Under the pieces are notes generated by a model. The model did not search any database. It was not told where the DNA came from and was given only the letters and a program-made list of their open reading frames with translations. The translations under genes were made by a program, and so were the position numbers. 64,000 nucleotides of DNA from Heteronotia binoei (taxonomy: Eukaryota), in the NCBI RefSeq assembly GCF_032191835.1, contig NC_083237.1, forward strand, positions 24,056,001-24,120,000, read 5' to 3'. Shown one piece after another: positions 22,181 to 34,000 of the stretch (positions are counted from its first letter, which is position 1; the number at the start of each line of letters is the position of its first letter).

Positions 22181-25100
22181 GATGTCCAAATCCCTGCTGG
22201 CTTTCCCCCTGTTGCTCTGGTTCCTCCAAGGGGTGAGCAGCTGCCTTCAATGTGATCGTCACTTCTTGGACTCTGTGGCCACCTTGCTGAAGGAAATGCT
22301 GCCAGTAGAGATCCCTGAACGTAGCTCCTTAATTGCACGGCACATCAAGGCCTTGGCTGACTTGCATGGCACTTTCCTCCAACACAACTATGAACGAGTC
22401 CTGGGTATGATCTGAACTAAAGGCTGGACTAGCCGAGGGGGGTTTGTGGTGTCCAGCCCACAGGATCCCATAAGCTAATGTCACTTTTCAGATGTCCGAG
22501 GAGCGACATCTCTCAAATATAACATCATTAATCAGTTGCGTGAGATCAAGAAGCAACCATGGAAAGGTAAAAGAGGGGAAGGGAGGGCTGTAGGGGTAAC
22601 TGTTGGATTGGGTGGTGGTACCCATCTTCTCCCTTCCACTCCAGTCACATAAAGCCATTAACTCTGGTGAAATCTAAGCAGTATTGAATTTGTTCCCCTA
22701 ATTTCATCCGCTGTTCCTACTACTCAATTGAAGATGGAAGTGAATTGCAAATGGGCTGTTGGTGTGGGGGCCTACTAGGGCCTGTTTCTGCTATCTCCAC
22801 AGGCAATTATAAAGAGGGGCTTTTGTTAACCACCTGGCAGTCCACAAATCACAGCTGGTAGGTTATGTTTGGTATGGTGGATGCCAAGTTTCAGGCGCCC
22901 ACCAAAAGCCAATAAAACCAAATTAGGGGAGGGGCTTTGCAGAAGAGCCTGTTTGCAGGGCTTTTTTGTAGCAGGAGCTTTTTTGCATATTAGGCCACAC
23001 CCCCTGATGTAGCCAATCCTCCAAGAACTTACAGGGCTTTTAGTACAGGACCTACTGTAAGCTCCAGGAGAAATGGCTACATCAGGGGTGTTTGGCCTAA
23101 TATGCAAAGGAGTTTCTGCTACAAAAAAAGCCCTGCCTTTCTGGCATGCAGAAGGTGGCATCTCCAGTTAAAAGGACCAGGCAGATGGCAATGTGAAAGA
23201 CTTCCACCTGAGACCCTGGGGAGCAACTACCAGTCTGAATAAACAGTACTTACACTGATGGACTAATGGTCTGAATCAGGATAAAGCAGCTTCATATGTG
23301 TTGAGAAGTTTTATATTGGCATTCACTCATAAATTTAGTCCTAAATGTATACAAACTGAGATTGGTGTGGTAGATGGGTGGGTTGAGATTTTGGCTTCTG
23401 TTAAAGGTTTGGGAATCCAGCGTGCAATGAGGTGGTCCCTTTTTCTTCCACACTTAGTCTTGGCTCCAGCACCTGTCTCAGGTGGTTACAATACCAACAG
23501 CTTACTAGTTAATATCTCACCCCCCACCACCACTCTTTTCTGTTTTCAGGGGTCTTCCTGTGGCAACTCTCCATGTACCATTTCAGGGTCTCCCTGCGGA
23601 AGCAGATGAAGCAAACTCTTGAGCAATTTGCTGACTTAGGTACCTATCCTAAAGGGAAAGGCTTGCGGGGCAGAGGGAGGGATGAGAAACCAGATGGCCA
23701 AACTCCCAAAGTCCTTTGCTCCAACCCATTCCCAAATCACTGGGTGTTCGCTCCCAGCCCACTCCTCGGATTATCCTTGGCTGCCAGAAGTTCCCCAAAG
23801 AGAGCCAAATCTATTTGTGTTACCATTTGCATCCCAGCTGCTGAAGCCATGGGTTTCTCTCCTCCCGCAGGGGTTAAACTGGTATCAGAAAACTAAGAAC
23901 ATAAGAGAAGCCATGTTGGATAAGGCCAATGGCCCATCTAACCCAACACTCTGTGTCACACAGTGGCCAAAAAGCCTAGGTGCCATCAGGAGGTCCATAA
24001 GTGGGGCCAGGACTAGGAAGAAAGCCACACACACACACATTCCTAACTGCTGTGAACTGTTCCTGTGTTATCTTGTGTATATATTGGAGCATTGCGTAGG
24101 AATGTCACACATTGTAGCTTCTTAGTTTTGTGGCCTTTTGGCCTTGCCATGTGTGTACTTGTTTTGGACTCATCATTTTTTCTGAGGGGTGAGAAATTCC
24201 AGGAGCAGAGCTTCCTTTGGAGGAGAGACAGAGAGCACTAGAGACTTGGGGCCCTTTTGTAAAATTTGCTTTGCTGGTAAAGATACAGCGGTGCCTGGGG
24301 AGGCATCCCTGCAAAGTGGCCGAGCTTCTGTCCTGTGTCAGATCCCCAGAGAGAGATCCTGCCCCCTAAGCAGTTTTTCCTTCGCTCAACTTGCAGCTCT
24401 TTCGGAATGCTTCTTTCTCTCCCAGGGCCAAACTAGAGGTGATGACATCTTCACAGCCACCGTGAATACACTGCAGCCATCTTTAAACTTATTTTAAAAG
24501 GCTTCAAGGGCCTGATCCTGGTTAGGCCCGCAACACAGGGAGCTGTAGCACTTGATTTCCCCCTCCACACATCAAGTACTGAAACAGCAGTAGAAGCCCG
24601 AATGGCTGTTTTGGCACTTGAAAAGGTGTGTGTGTGTGGAGGTGAACAAGAGGGCCACACTGATGCTGGCAGGGCTTTTTTTGAGCAGGAACGCAGTTCT
24701 AGATGGCTTGGCGTCAGGAGTGTGGCCTAATATGCAAATAAGTTCCTACTGGGCTTTTCCTAAAAAACAGCCCTGTGTAAAACAATTGTGACCTCGGAAT
24801 GTGTAAATGAGTTCCTGCTGGGCTTTTCTTTTTTTTTTTTTTAAAAAAAAAAGCCCTGGGTGGTAGGCATCTTTGTGGCAGACACAACAAGAATGTCTCA
24901 CATTTAGTTTGGCTCTCTCTCTCTCACACACACACACACAAATACAGAGAGAAAACTGGACTCAGAGGTATCACTTCCTTTTAGAGGTATCAATTCCTCT
25001 TAGATCTGTTGGGTTCCAGAGCAAAAGAAATGGAGAGCATCTTCTGGAAGGACCACTAAGGATACATTTTACTGTCTCGAAAATATAAGCTTTCTTTTTG

Positions 25101-28100
25101 CCAATCTCCACCTCCTCAGGAATAATTTTAGGCAAGTCAGATATATAACAGAGGAAGGCAACTATCCCCTTGTAATGTATCCCTAGGTGACATTCACTTT
25201 GGGTCCAGTTCCCTGAGCTGCCAGTCATAGAAGTGGCTCGCATCCTTTGCTTTAGCCATTACATTGGTATCTGCTTTAGGTACTGGGTGTGCATAGATAC
25301 TGCCATGTTGCTTGCTAGCTAGCAAATATGGTGCAATCCTGTTTTGTATGCATCTCCCTCCCCTCTCATTTCAGCTTGCTCAGAGGATTGCAGTAAGTAT
25401 CAGACATCTCCCAACCCAGATGTTGCCCCAGAATCCCCCCCCCCGTTGCCCCTTTTCTTTCAGCAGTGGCAGGTTCGACCTGGTGCTCTTCCTTCCATAG
25501 CAGTGACTGAGGGCCCCATTTTGGACTGCTGGACCTGCTTGCGTATTGCCACCCAGTGCTTTGATGGCGAGCTCTGTGGAGGTACTGCTGGGGACGAGAA
25601 GGGGGCTGGGTTTAAACTCCTTTCTTATTGTCTCTTTTGGGGGGCACCTGCACGCTTAGGGAAGTGCTGGACCTAATGAACATTTCATACTAGTTTATCT
25701 GAAGTGGTTTCTTTCCCAAGAATCCTGAGAATTATAGTTCAGCAAGAATGTTGAGAATTTGTTATTTTAAATCCCTCTGCAACCAAACTGCAATCCTTTA
25801 GAGACCTCTGGAGAGAGAGAGAAAATGCCCCCATTCCTCTAGTTTTGGGGCTGAGAACACATCCCACTCCAAGTTGTTGTTGTTAGGGGAGGTTGTTTTA
25901 GAACTTTCACCCAATTTGTGAAGGAGCAAGCTGACAAGCCCTCCACAGGTTGGTCCTGGTGGGACAGGGAAACCCCCGCTGTATTCCCAAATCTCTGCTG
26001 ATTGCTACTGCCCCCTTCTCCTCAGCCTCAGGGGAACCAAAAACACACTGGGAATCAAGCACTGCCACCAGCACGGGATCTCCTGCTAGATGCAGGAGAT
26101 CCACTGCTGAATGGATCTCCTGCTAGATGCTGTTGAACATCTAGCACTCAGAAACTGCGTTGCTTGTCCCATATGCCATAGCTCTACAAGCTAACACAGC
26201 GACAGCATATTGCAGGGGTGGCCAATGGTAGCTCTCCAGCCCCATGCTGGCTGGGGCTGATGGGAGTTGTAGGCAAAAAATATCTGGAGAGCTACCATTG
26301 GCCACCCCTGGTATATTGCAACTTCACCCTCTGAGCTATCATGCACCCAGGACCCTGAACTTCTCCACAGCCCCTTCTTGTTACCACAATTAAGACAGCA
26401 AGATCAAACAGGGAGATAAGGAAGCTAAATAAATGAGCAACAACAACAAAAAGCGTATTCATGGCCTGTTTGAGCATGTGGGCTGAGCAAGCATACAAAG
26501 AAAAAGTGAAAATGGAGATTTCTTTCACTGCACTCGCTACTTACCATGGACGATGCTTAATTAGGACAGAGCAGTATTATTTACAGTAGTTGATCAGCTG
26601 AGACCTCTCCATTGTTCCTCACCACATGGACAAAGATGGCATCCCTAGGTGAAAGCTTAGTCCTTCATGGCTTGTGCCAATACATGGGAAAGAGCAAGAT
26701 ATGATCAGAGAATGTATAGTCTCTCCTTGGGAGAGTCCTTCCCCTTCCCCAGGATTGTGTTCAGATCTTCCTACTGCAAGAGGAAGAGAGATTTCTTGCT
26801 TTTTGGCTGTCCTCTGTCCCTTTAGATGAAACCTTCTAGCAGGGTGTGAGATGATAAACCTAGGATTGTCCTACTCCAGCCAGAGCCTGTTAGCATATGT
26901 AAACACAAAGTACTCTGTGCCTGGGCTTCATGGCTCAACCCATGCCCTCCTCCTTCCTGCCAGCCATGAGTTTGCAGCTTGGTTCCAATTCTGAAACAAT
27001 GCAGCCACCCCAATGGCTAAGATGTTGGTGTGAATGTTGTGGTAGAAGGCTTTTCACAGCACAGTATAAGGAAAAGGTAGTGTTTGTCTTGTCCAGTGAG
27101 AGTGTTCCCTAGTGCCACTGGCATATATATCCCTTTCTGACTTTATAATAACCCCTCCCCACAAAATAAAACCTACTCCCCAAAAAGGGTTCCCAGGTCA
27201 GTGTTGGAAAATACCTGGAGACCTAGGTAAAAGCTTAGTCCTTTGTGGCTTGTAAGAACCTCGTGGCGCAGCGTGTTAAGGCTGCAGTACTGCAGTCCTA
27301 AGCTCTGCTCGTGACCTGAGTTTGATCCCTGGTGGAAGCTGGGTTTTCAGGTAGCCAGCTCAAGGTTGACTCAACCTTCCATCCTTCTGAGGTCGGTAAA
27401 ATGAGTACCCAGCTTGCTGGGGGAAAAGTGTAGATGACTGGGGAAGGCAATGGCAAACCACCCTGTAAAAAGTCAGCTGTGAAACGTTGTGAAAGCAATG
27501 TCACCCCAAAGTCGGAAATGACTTGTGCTTGCACAGGGGACCTTTCCTTTTGGCTTGGGCCAATGCATGGAGAAAAGCAAGACAGCAAGATGTGCCCAGA
27601 GAATTTATAATATCTCCTTGGGAGCATGAGCTACTCAGATCAAAGGTTTGCTCAATTTGTTAATTTTACTGCATACTGCTGTTTTGTTGCTTTCGTATGC
27701 TCACGCTACTCAGATCAAAGGTTTGCTCAATTTGTTAATTTTACTATTCTGTCATTGTACCATTTTACATTCTAAACAACTGCCTACCAGATAATTTCAC
27801 TTCATTGTCATTGGTTCTTAAATCTGTACCATGTTGCATTCTGGGCCACTGCCTACCAGCTATGTATGGCTTTGCTCAGCTATTTATGGCTTTGCTCACT
27901 GTGCTGGATTCTTCGTCTGATGAAGTGTGCTTAAGCCACCATTTTGGTGGCTGGAGCATAATGCATATGGGGATATCTATTCCACAAACAAATACACCCA
28001 CACTCACATAAATTATGAGGGTGATCTCTTCATCCCACCACCCAATCCATACATAAAGCTAACACGGCTTGTCTCTTGCCCTCTAGTGGAAGATGCGCAT

Positions 28101-29611
28101 ATTGCAGAGCATAAAGAAATCAATCTCTACGTGTTCCTTGTGTGTGAGTCCGTGCTGATTTCTTCAGCTGTGCTTGTGTAAGTATATGGCTCTGGCCCGT
28201 CCCCCTCACTCTCTCGTGGAAAGCTTTTACTCTTCCCTGTTGGTTCCTCTCCATATTTGCCTTGCTTCCCAAAGAATCCATGGGGCCCCAGTCCCACAAA
28301 CCTGGCTCACATGGTCATGCTGTGGTCATAACAAACCAAGAATTTATTTATTTATTTATTTAATTCGATTTATATCCCGCCCTACCCCACCGAGGTGGGC
28401 TCAGGGCGGCTTACAACATAAAAACCAACAAAATCAATTTAAATACATTAATAATACATTAATAATTATAATTATACAATAAAATACATAAAAATATATA
28501 AAAACACATAAAGCTCACTTCAGTATGTACTATGCTACCTTCTTTAAATCAATTCTTCAATATTCCAGTATTAAATAATCTGGTGTTCGAGACTGAGTGT
28601 TCAGGCATTCCGATAACAATTAGTTGTATGCTAACTGGAAGAGGGCTGTTTTGCAGGCCCTGCGGAACTGTTCAAGGCCGTAAGCTGTAAGAAGTTTCTT
28701 ACAGCCCACTATTGCTGCTCAGTTTGGTGTAGTGGTTAAGTGCGCTGAATTTTATCTGGGAGAACAGGGTTTGATTCCCCACTTCTCCACTTGCAGCTGC
28801 TGGAATGGCCTTGGGTCAGTCATAGCTCTCGTAAGAGTTGTCCTTGAAAGGGCAGCTGCTGTGAGAGCTCTCTCAGCTCCACCCACCTCACAGGGTGTCT
28901 GTTGTGGGGGAGGAAGGTAAAGGAGACTGTAAGCCTTTAAGACTCTGAGATTCAGAGTGAAGGGTGGGGTATAAATCCAATATCATCATCTTTGTCATAC
29001 ACACATCTGAGAAGGAGTTAACAGGCAAGACAGTGGTGAGAGATCTAGAAACTGAAGCAAGTTTCTAGCCCTTGTGATGCCAGAGGGAGCTCAGGATCAC
29101 CTCTGTGTTCTTAACTTTCTGCCTGTTTTCTTCTGTCACAACTTTCACTTCCTTTACATTAAATTCCAGACGATTCAAATGGCAGAGATACAAACATAAA
29201 GAGCACAAAACCAGTTGGTGCAATAGCATGTCCCCTCCCCCCCCACACACTCATACAACGTTTCCAAGCTCAGAAATCATCCCTATCACTTGAAACCCCT
29301 AAAGTGGAGAAGGGGGGAGAGGTACAAAACAAGAACATATCTTTCACTCCCCTTAGATCCAGGGAAGAGTTAAACCCCCTTTACCCAGTTCTGCAACCCT
29401 GATCCATGTGGCTCACCCAGCACTGTGCATTTTAGAGCAAAAGAAAGGTTTGAGAAACATCCTTTTAGCTCTAAAGCAACAGGAACTGCTCCTGCCCCTG
29501 AAGACCTGATAGCTCTTCCTCTGCTTGTACTCACTGGACTTCTCCATTCCCAGGTATTTGGTGTGCTTCAAACACAAAAAGAAGATGTTGCAGAAAGCTC
29601 TGGCCCGCTAG
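22173..29611 (+). CDS. IZUMO3: Izumo sperm-egg fusion protein 3, 7 coding exons, about 214 aa
   Basis: join 22173-22404, 22492-22566, 23550-23639, 25375-25392, 25501-25581, 28087-28177, 29554-29611; GT-AG and in frame. Motifs CLQCD, WK|[21 protein letters not shown]...CFDGELCG closely match recalled human IZUMO3 ([23 protein letters not shown]). The start could be ATG 22173, 22179 or 22182. AATAAA at 29673-29678. Confidence 0.92.
22956..23135. mobile_element. Palindromic MITE, same family
   Basis: Same TIRs; degenerate 8-bp TSD. Confidence 0.75.
27256..27550 (+). mobile_element. Sauria SINE
   Basis: ggttgactcaaccttccatcc..gtcggtaaaatgagtacccagc..ggcaatggcaaaccacc..gcacaggggacctttcc, as in the recalled Sauria SINE consensus. 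Confidence 0.8.
28345..28680 (-). mobile_element. L2-like LINE 3' end
   Basis: (TTTA)n followed by tatatcccgccc..gctcagggcggcttac; a similar remnant at about 41480-41570. Confidence 0.55.
28720..28990 (+). mobile_element. Squam3-like SINE
   Basis: Near-identical to the 13933 copy. Confidence 0.8.
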
Positions 29612-30542
29612 AGGATTGGAGGAAGACGGACTGTCAAGGATGCTGTCCTCGACTGTCAACCTGTTAAGACCAAATAAAACCATTCTGCTTGCTTCTGTGT
29701 CCTCCTGATCACAGCAGAGATGAAGGAGCCCTGGACTGGCAGGGCTTGGGGGGTTTTTGTTTTTGTTTTTAGCAGAAACACAATTCTGGCTGCCTTGGTG
29801 TCAGGTGGTGTGGCCTTATATGTAAATATTTCTTTCTAAAATCCCTGATAGTAAGAATCACAGTTAGCAAACAAGTTCCTTTTTCTGGCTATAATTACCT
29901 TAGCTTGCCACCCTCTACCCCTAGTTTGGGCTCCTGGGCCTCTGAAACTTGCATGACAGAAATAAAGCAGGCAAGGCTTTCCTTATTTCTGCATTTCTGT
30001 GCAAAGGAAAAGTTGTACCTGTTTAATTTCTGCCTGTCAGCTGGCGAGGGAGGGAGATGGTTGCCATAGTTGTAATTTCAACAGCCCCTTTGTAGCCACA
30101 TCTCAAGGACTTCTTGCATGGGAAGGGGGAAGATTTCCCTCTCACATTTTTCCATGCACAGTTTGAGGGAGGTGCAGATCTAAAGCAAGAGTCTGCAGGT
30201 TTAAAATTATAGGACTGCAGGTTGTGAAGTACAATTGTGTGGCTTGGCTCATTGCGGGCATGTTTGTGGTATCTCGTGGTTGGAGCAGCAGGCCCAGGGG
30301 TGGTGGAGGAAGACTCTGGACTCCTGAAGCTATGAAATCACAGTGGGTTCACCCAGTGGAGAACCTCCACCACCAGGAGTCACAGCTTCTTTTATAGCTG
30401 GATGTATTTAAATAGCTAAGCGAGGAACTTAGACCAAGCCTACTTAGGAGGAACCACAGAACCAGTGGAAATCTGCTGTACTCCCAAGAAATCACTGGGG
30501 CTTAAAAGCACACACATGCATATGCTCATAGATCTGGTCTAG

Positions 30543-30710
30543 GCAGGGCTGGCCCTATATGTCTGACACCCTAGGCAAGGCTAACTTCTGGCGCGCGCCC
30601 CCTGCAATGGTGACATCACTGAGTCACATGGGGGGTGCCCAATTCGGCACCTCCAGAAGGCCGGCGCCCTAGGCAATTGTCTAGTTTGCCTAGTGCCAGG
30701 GCCTGCCCTG
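30543..30710. mobile_element. MITE with cagggc(c/t)ggccc termini
   Basis: gcgccctaggc..ctagtttgcctag core; relatives at about 285-352 and 63430-63590. Confidence 0.6.
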
Positions 30711-31069
30711 TGTCTACGTCCAGGATGAAGCTTAGCTAGAATATATACTCTGTAAGTAAAAGTGGATTAGTGCTGTATAGACTTGAAGTTGGCTACTAAG
30801 ACATGGCTTCTGGGGTCTCTCTCTCTCTCATTCCCTCTCCCTCCCTCAAAAAGGAAAACAAACAATTGGGATCTATGTTTATTATGGGATATTTGGTAAT
30901 GGGAAGGCCAATGGAGGGCAGACTGCATTGGTCAAGTAAAGATAAGGTTTGGTTGTGGCAGAACAAGCAGTTTGGGAAGCGGTTGTGTGGCCCGAGTCCT
31001 GCACTTCACCAGTGGAGGTAAAAGAGAATCTTTTCCATCAGACGTCCCATAGCAGCGAGAGGATCTTGA

Positions 31070-34000
31070 CTAAACATACAGATAGAGCCGGTTTCTCCAG
31101 TATGATATAATCCTGGGGAGAAGACAAAATTAGTGCTCTCCCCAGCTCCCCCCCAACTCTTTTACCAGGGCTGAGTCAGCTGCAGGTTCCTACATCAGAG
31201 GAACAAGCTTGCAATGCAGAGTTCCCTTTCTAGGCGAGCCCCTGCAGCCGACTCCAGGGTGGAGGTGGCTGTTTCTACTCACACGCCTATGATCACCAAG
31301 AACAGCACTCCGCCCATGCACAGGACAATGGCCACTCCGTTTTGGGCAATGTTGGGATCCCACAGGACTGGTCCGTAGCGAAGAGTGAGGCGGTCCTGGG
31401 AATCCACTGAACATACAAATCTTGGATTTAATGCATGGAAATTCATGTCCCTGCACTAAGATCTGGACATATCGGTTTAAGCATCACATCTTTCTCCCAG
31501 GCATGCACACCCTTCCAGCTGTTCTCAAAGTTTTTGAAGTGGGATCGACTTCTATATTGACTTTACTTTTTGGGGGACCCACCTGCAAAATAACACCAAT
31601 CTATTTTCACTGTCCTCAGAGCAAGACTTTCACATCAGTTAATAATGAACAAGTTTGCATTTTCAGGTTTTTTTTATTAGTGTTGTTTACTTCCCCACCC
31701 CCCATTTTCCTCCCCAGTGAGGACCCAAAGCTGCTGTTTTTTCCTCACGACAACTCTGTGAGGTAGGTTAGGCTCAGCTTGCATGACTGGCACAAGATCA
31801 CCCCAGTGAACTTTAAAAAAAAACAAAATGAATTTTCTTGAAGGATTTAAAAAGTCTAAAAAAGACAAAAGAAAGGCAGAGAAGAAAGAGAAGAGCCAGG
31901 AGGTCCAATTTTATGAGCCCCCCAAAATGTGCCCCTAGCCTTCATTATTTCCAAATGGAGGGAAGGCATTTAAAAGGCATGTGGTCCCTTTAAATGTGAT
32001 TGCCACCAGAACTCCCTTTACAGTTCAGTGGTGCTTGTCCCACCCTTACTCTTGGCTCCACCCCCAGAAGACCCCAGATATTTCTTGAGCTGGACCTGGC
32101 AACCCTTCTAGAGGGAAAGAATGTAAGGCAAATGTGACATGAACACGACTGCAGGACTATCTGACAAAAATGCCCCTTCCACACTCCTAGTGTTGAGTAT
32201 GTTTACTCCTTAAACATAAATTTGAAATCTGGATTTTGGTATCTCTAGGTAAGTGCTGCCCTCTGCTGGACAGGGCCACATGGACATGCACACAGATGGA
32301 CAGCCATTCCATGATTTCATCCTAAATATGCACCCTGAGCTGCTCTATCATCCATTCTGTCCAGCTTCTGATACTACAACAGGCCCCAAACCTGGGATCT
32401 TTGGTGCCACCACTCAGCTCTAGTCAAATAAAGGACCTGCAAGAGAAACCAGTTATATCACCAAGGGAGTTTCTTAACAGCAATCAGTCTCCACAAGTCA
32501 GGTGACACTTCCTGACCCCAGTGAGAACTCCCCAATCAGCCATCTTGGTCAATGTATTGCCTTCGCTTGCCCTCCTCCTGAAGGAACCCAGTCTGATATG
32601 TTGCTTTCCAGCCAAAAGCCATTTCTCTGTCACATGTAAGCCCTAGCCACCTCTTGATATCCCCAGATATACCTACCAAAGCACTGGTGTATCGTGTAAC
32701 AAATGGCATTGGCATCTTTACATCTGACACAATCCAAAACATTATATTGGAGTGAGTCTGCAACAATGGAGGAAGAGAGCAAACGTGAGGAAACCCCCAC
32801 CATAGTGTGATACTCAACTGGGCTAAGCAAGCAAGTTTTTTGGCCTGCCCAAGGCAAACCTAATGCTCTAACTCAGAGATGGCCACAGTTTTCTGGGAAT
32901 TGCACAGCCTCACAACTCAAGCATCACTTAACAAATGTTTCTAGTCTCACTCCACAGAACTCTCCTCATACATGGCCACCATGATTATAGGTTGACACGC
33001 CCTCCCAGGGGGGTCCAAAGTGTGGCTGAGGGAGCTGGACTAGAGACAATAATGTTGAGTTTTGCTCAGGTCACTGCTGGACTTCAACACAATAGGCTTT
33101 TCAATTTGCTAAGAGAGCCTGTTTGGTGTAGTGGTTAAATGTGCGGACTCTTATTCAGGAGAACTGGGTTTGATTCCCCACTCCTCCACTTGCGGCTGCT
33201 GGAATGGCCTTGAGTCAGCCATAACTCTTGCAGAGCTGTCCTTGAAAAGCCAGCTTCTGTGAGAGCTCTCAACCCCACCTACCTCATAGGGTGTCTGTTG
33301 TCGGGGAGGAAGGAAAAGGAAATTATAGGCCACTCGGAGACTCTGAGATTCAGAGAGAAGGGCAGGGTATAAATGCAGTATCATCTTCCTTCTTCTAACG
33401 TTTGCTCCCTTTTGTTCCTGGGTGCTACTCTAGTGCTACCTGTGCTCTAATGCCCCCCCCCCCAAACTGTAGTCCAGTAGGACAGCTTCTGCTTCACATG
33501 CAGAAGGTCACAAGTTCAGTTCCTGGTATCTCTAGTTAAAAGCAGGGCTTTTTTGGTAGAAAAAGCCCAGCTGGAACTCATTTACATATTAGGCCATGCT
33601 CTCTGATGTCACCATTGTGTCATATGAGGCTTTTTGTGGGAAAAGGCCAGCAAGGAATCATTTGCATATTAGGCCACACCCCCTCACAGCAAGCCAGCCG
33701 GAACTGCGTTCCTGGTTAAAGGAACTGGTAGAAAGTAAAGACCTCTTCCTGAAAGCCTGGAGAGCTGCTGCCATTCGAAGTGGACAAGTCTGACCTTGAT
33801 GGACTGATGGTCTTGTTCAGTTTAAGGTGGCTTCATGTGTTAACTGATCAGGTCCCTACATTTGAATACCCAGCAATACAACTCCTTGAACTTACCACAA
33901 GTTGCCTTGTCACAAGCTGTGAGGGAAAAAGAGAATCCAAAAATTAGTGAGACTAGACCCATTTTCAATTAACTACAGTTTTTTCCCCTCAACTTCAAAG

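Noticed and set aside
32536-32600. EEGKRRQYIDQDG* as the IZUMO2 last exon
   Set aside because: Wrong phase after exon 5 and it precedes the TM exon; 31070-31112 fits the phase and the human tail.
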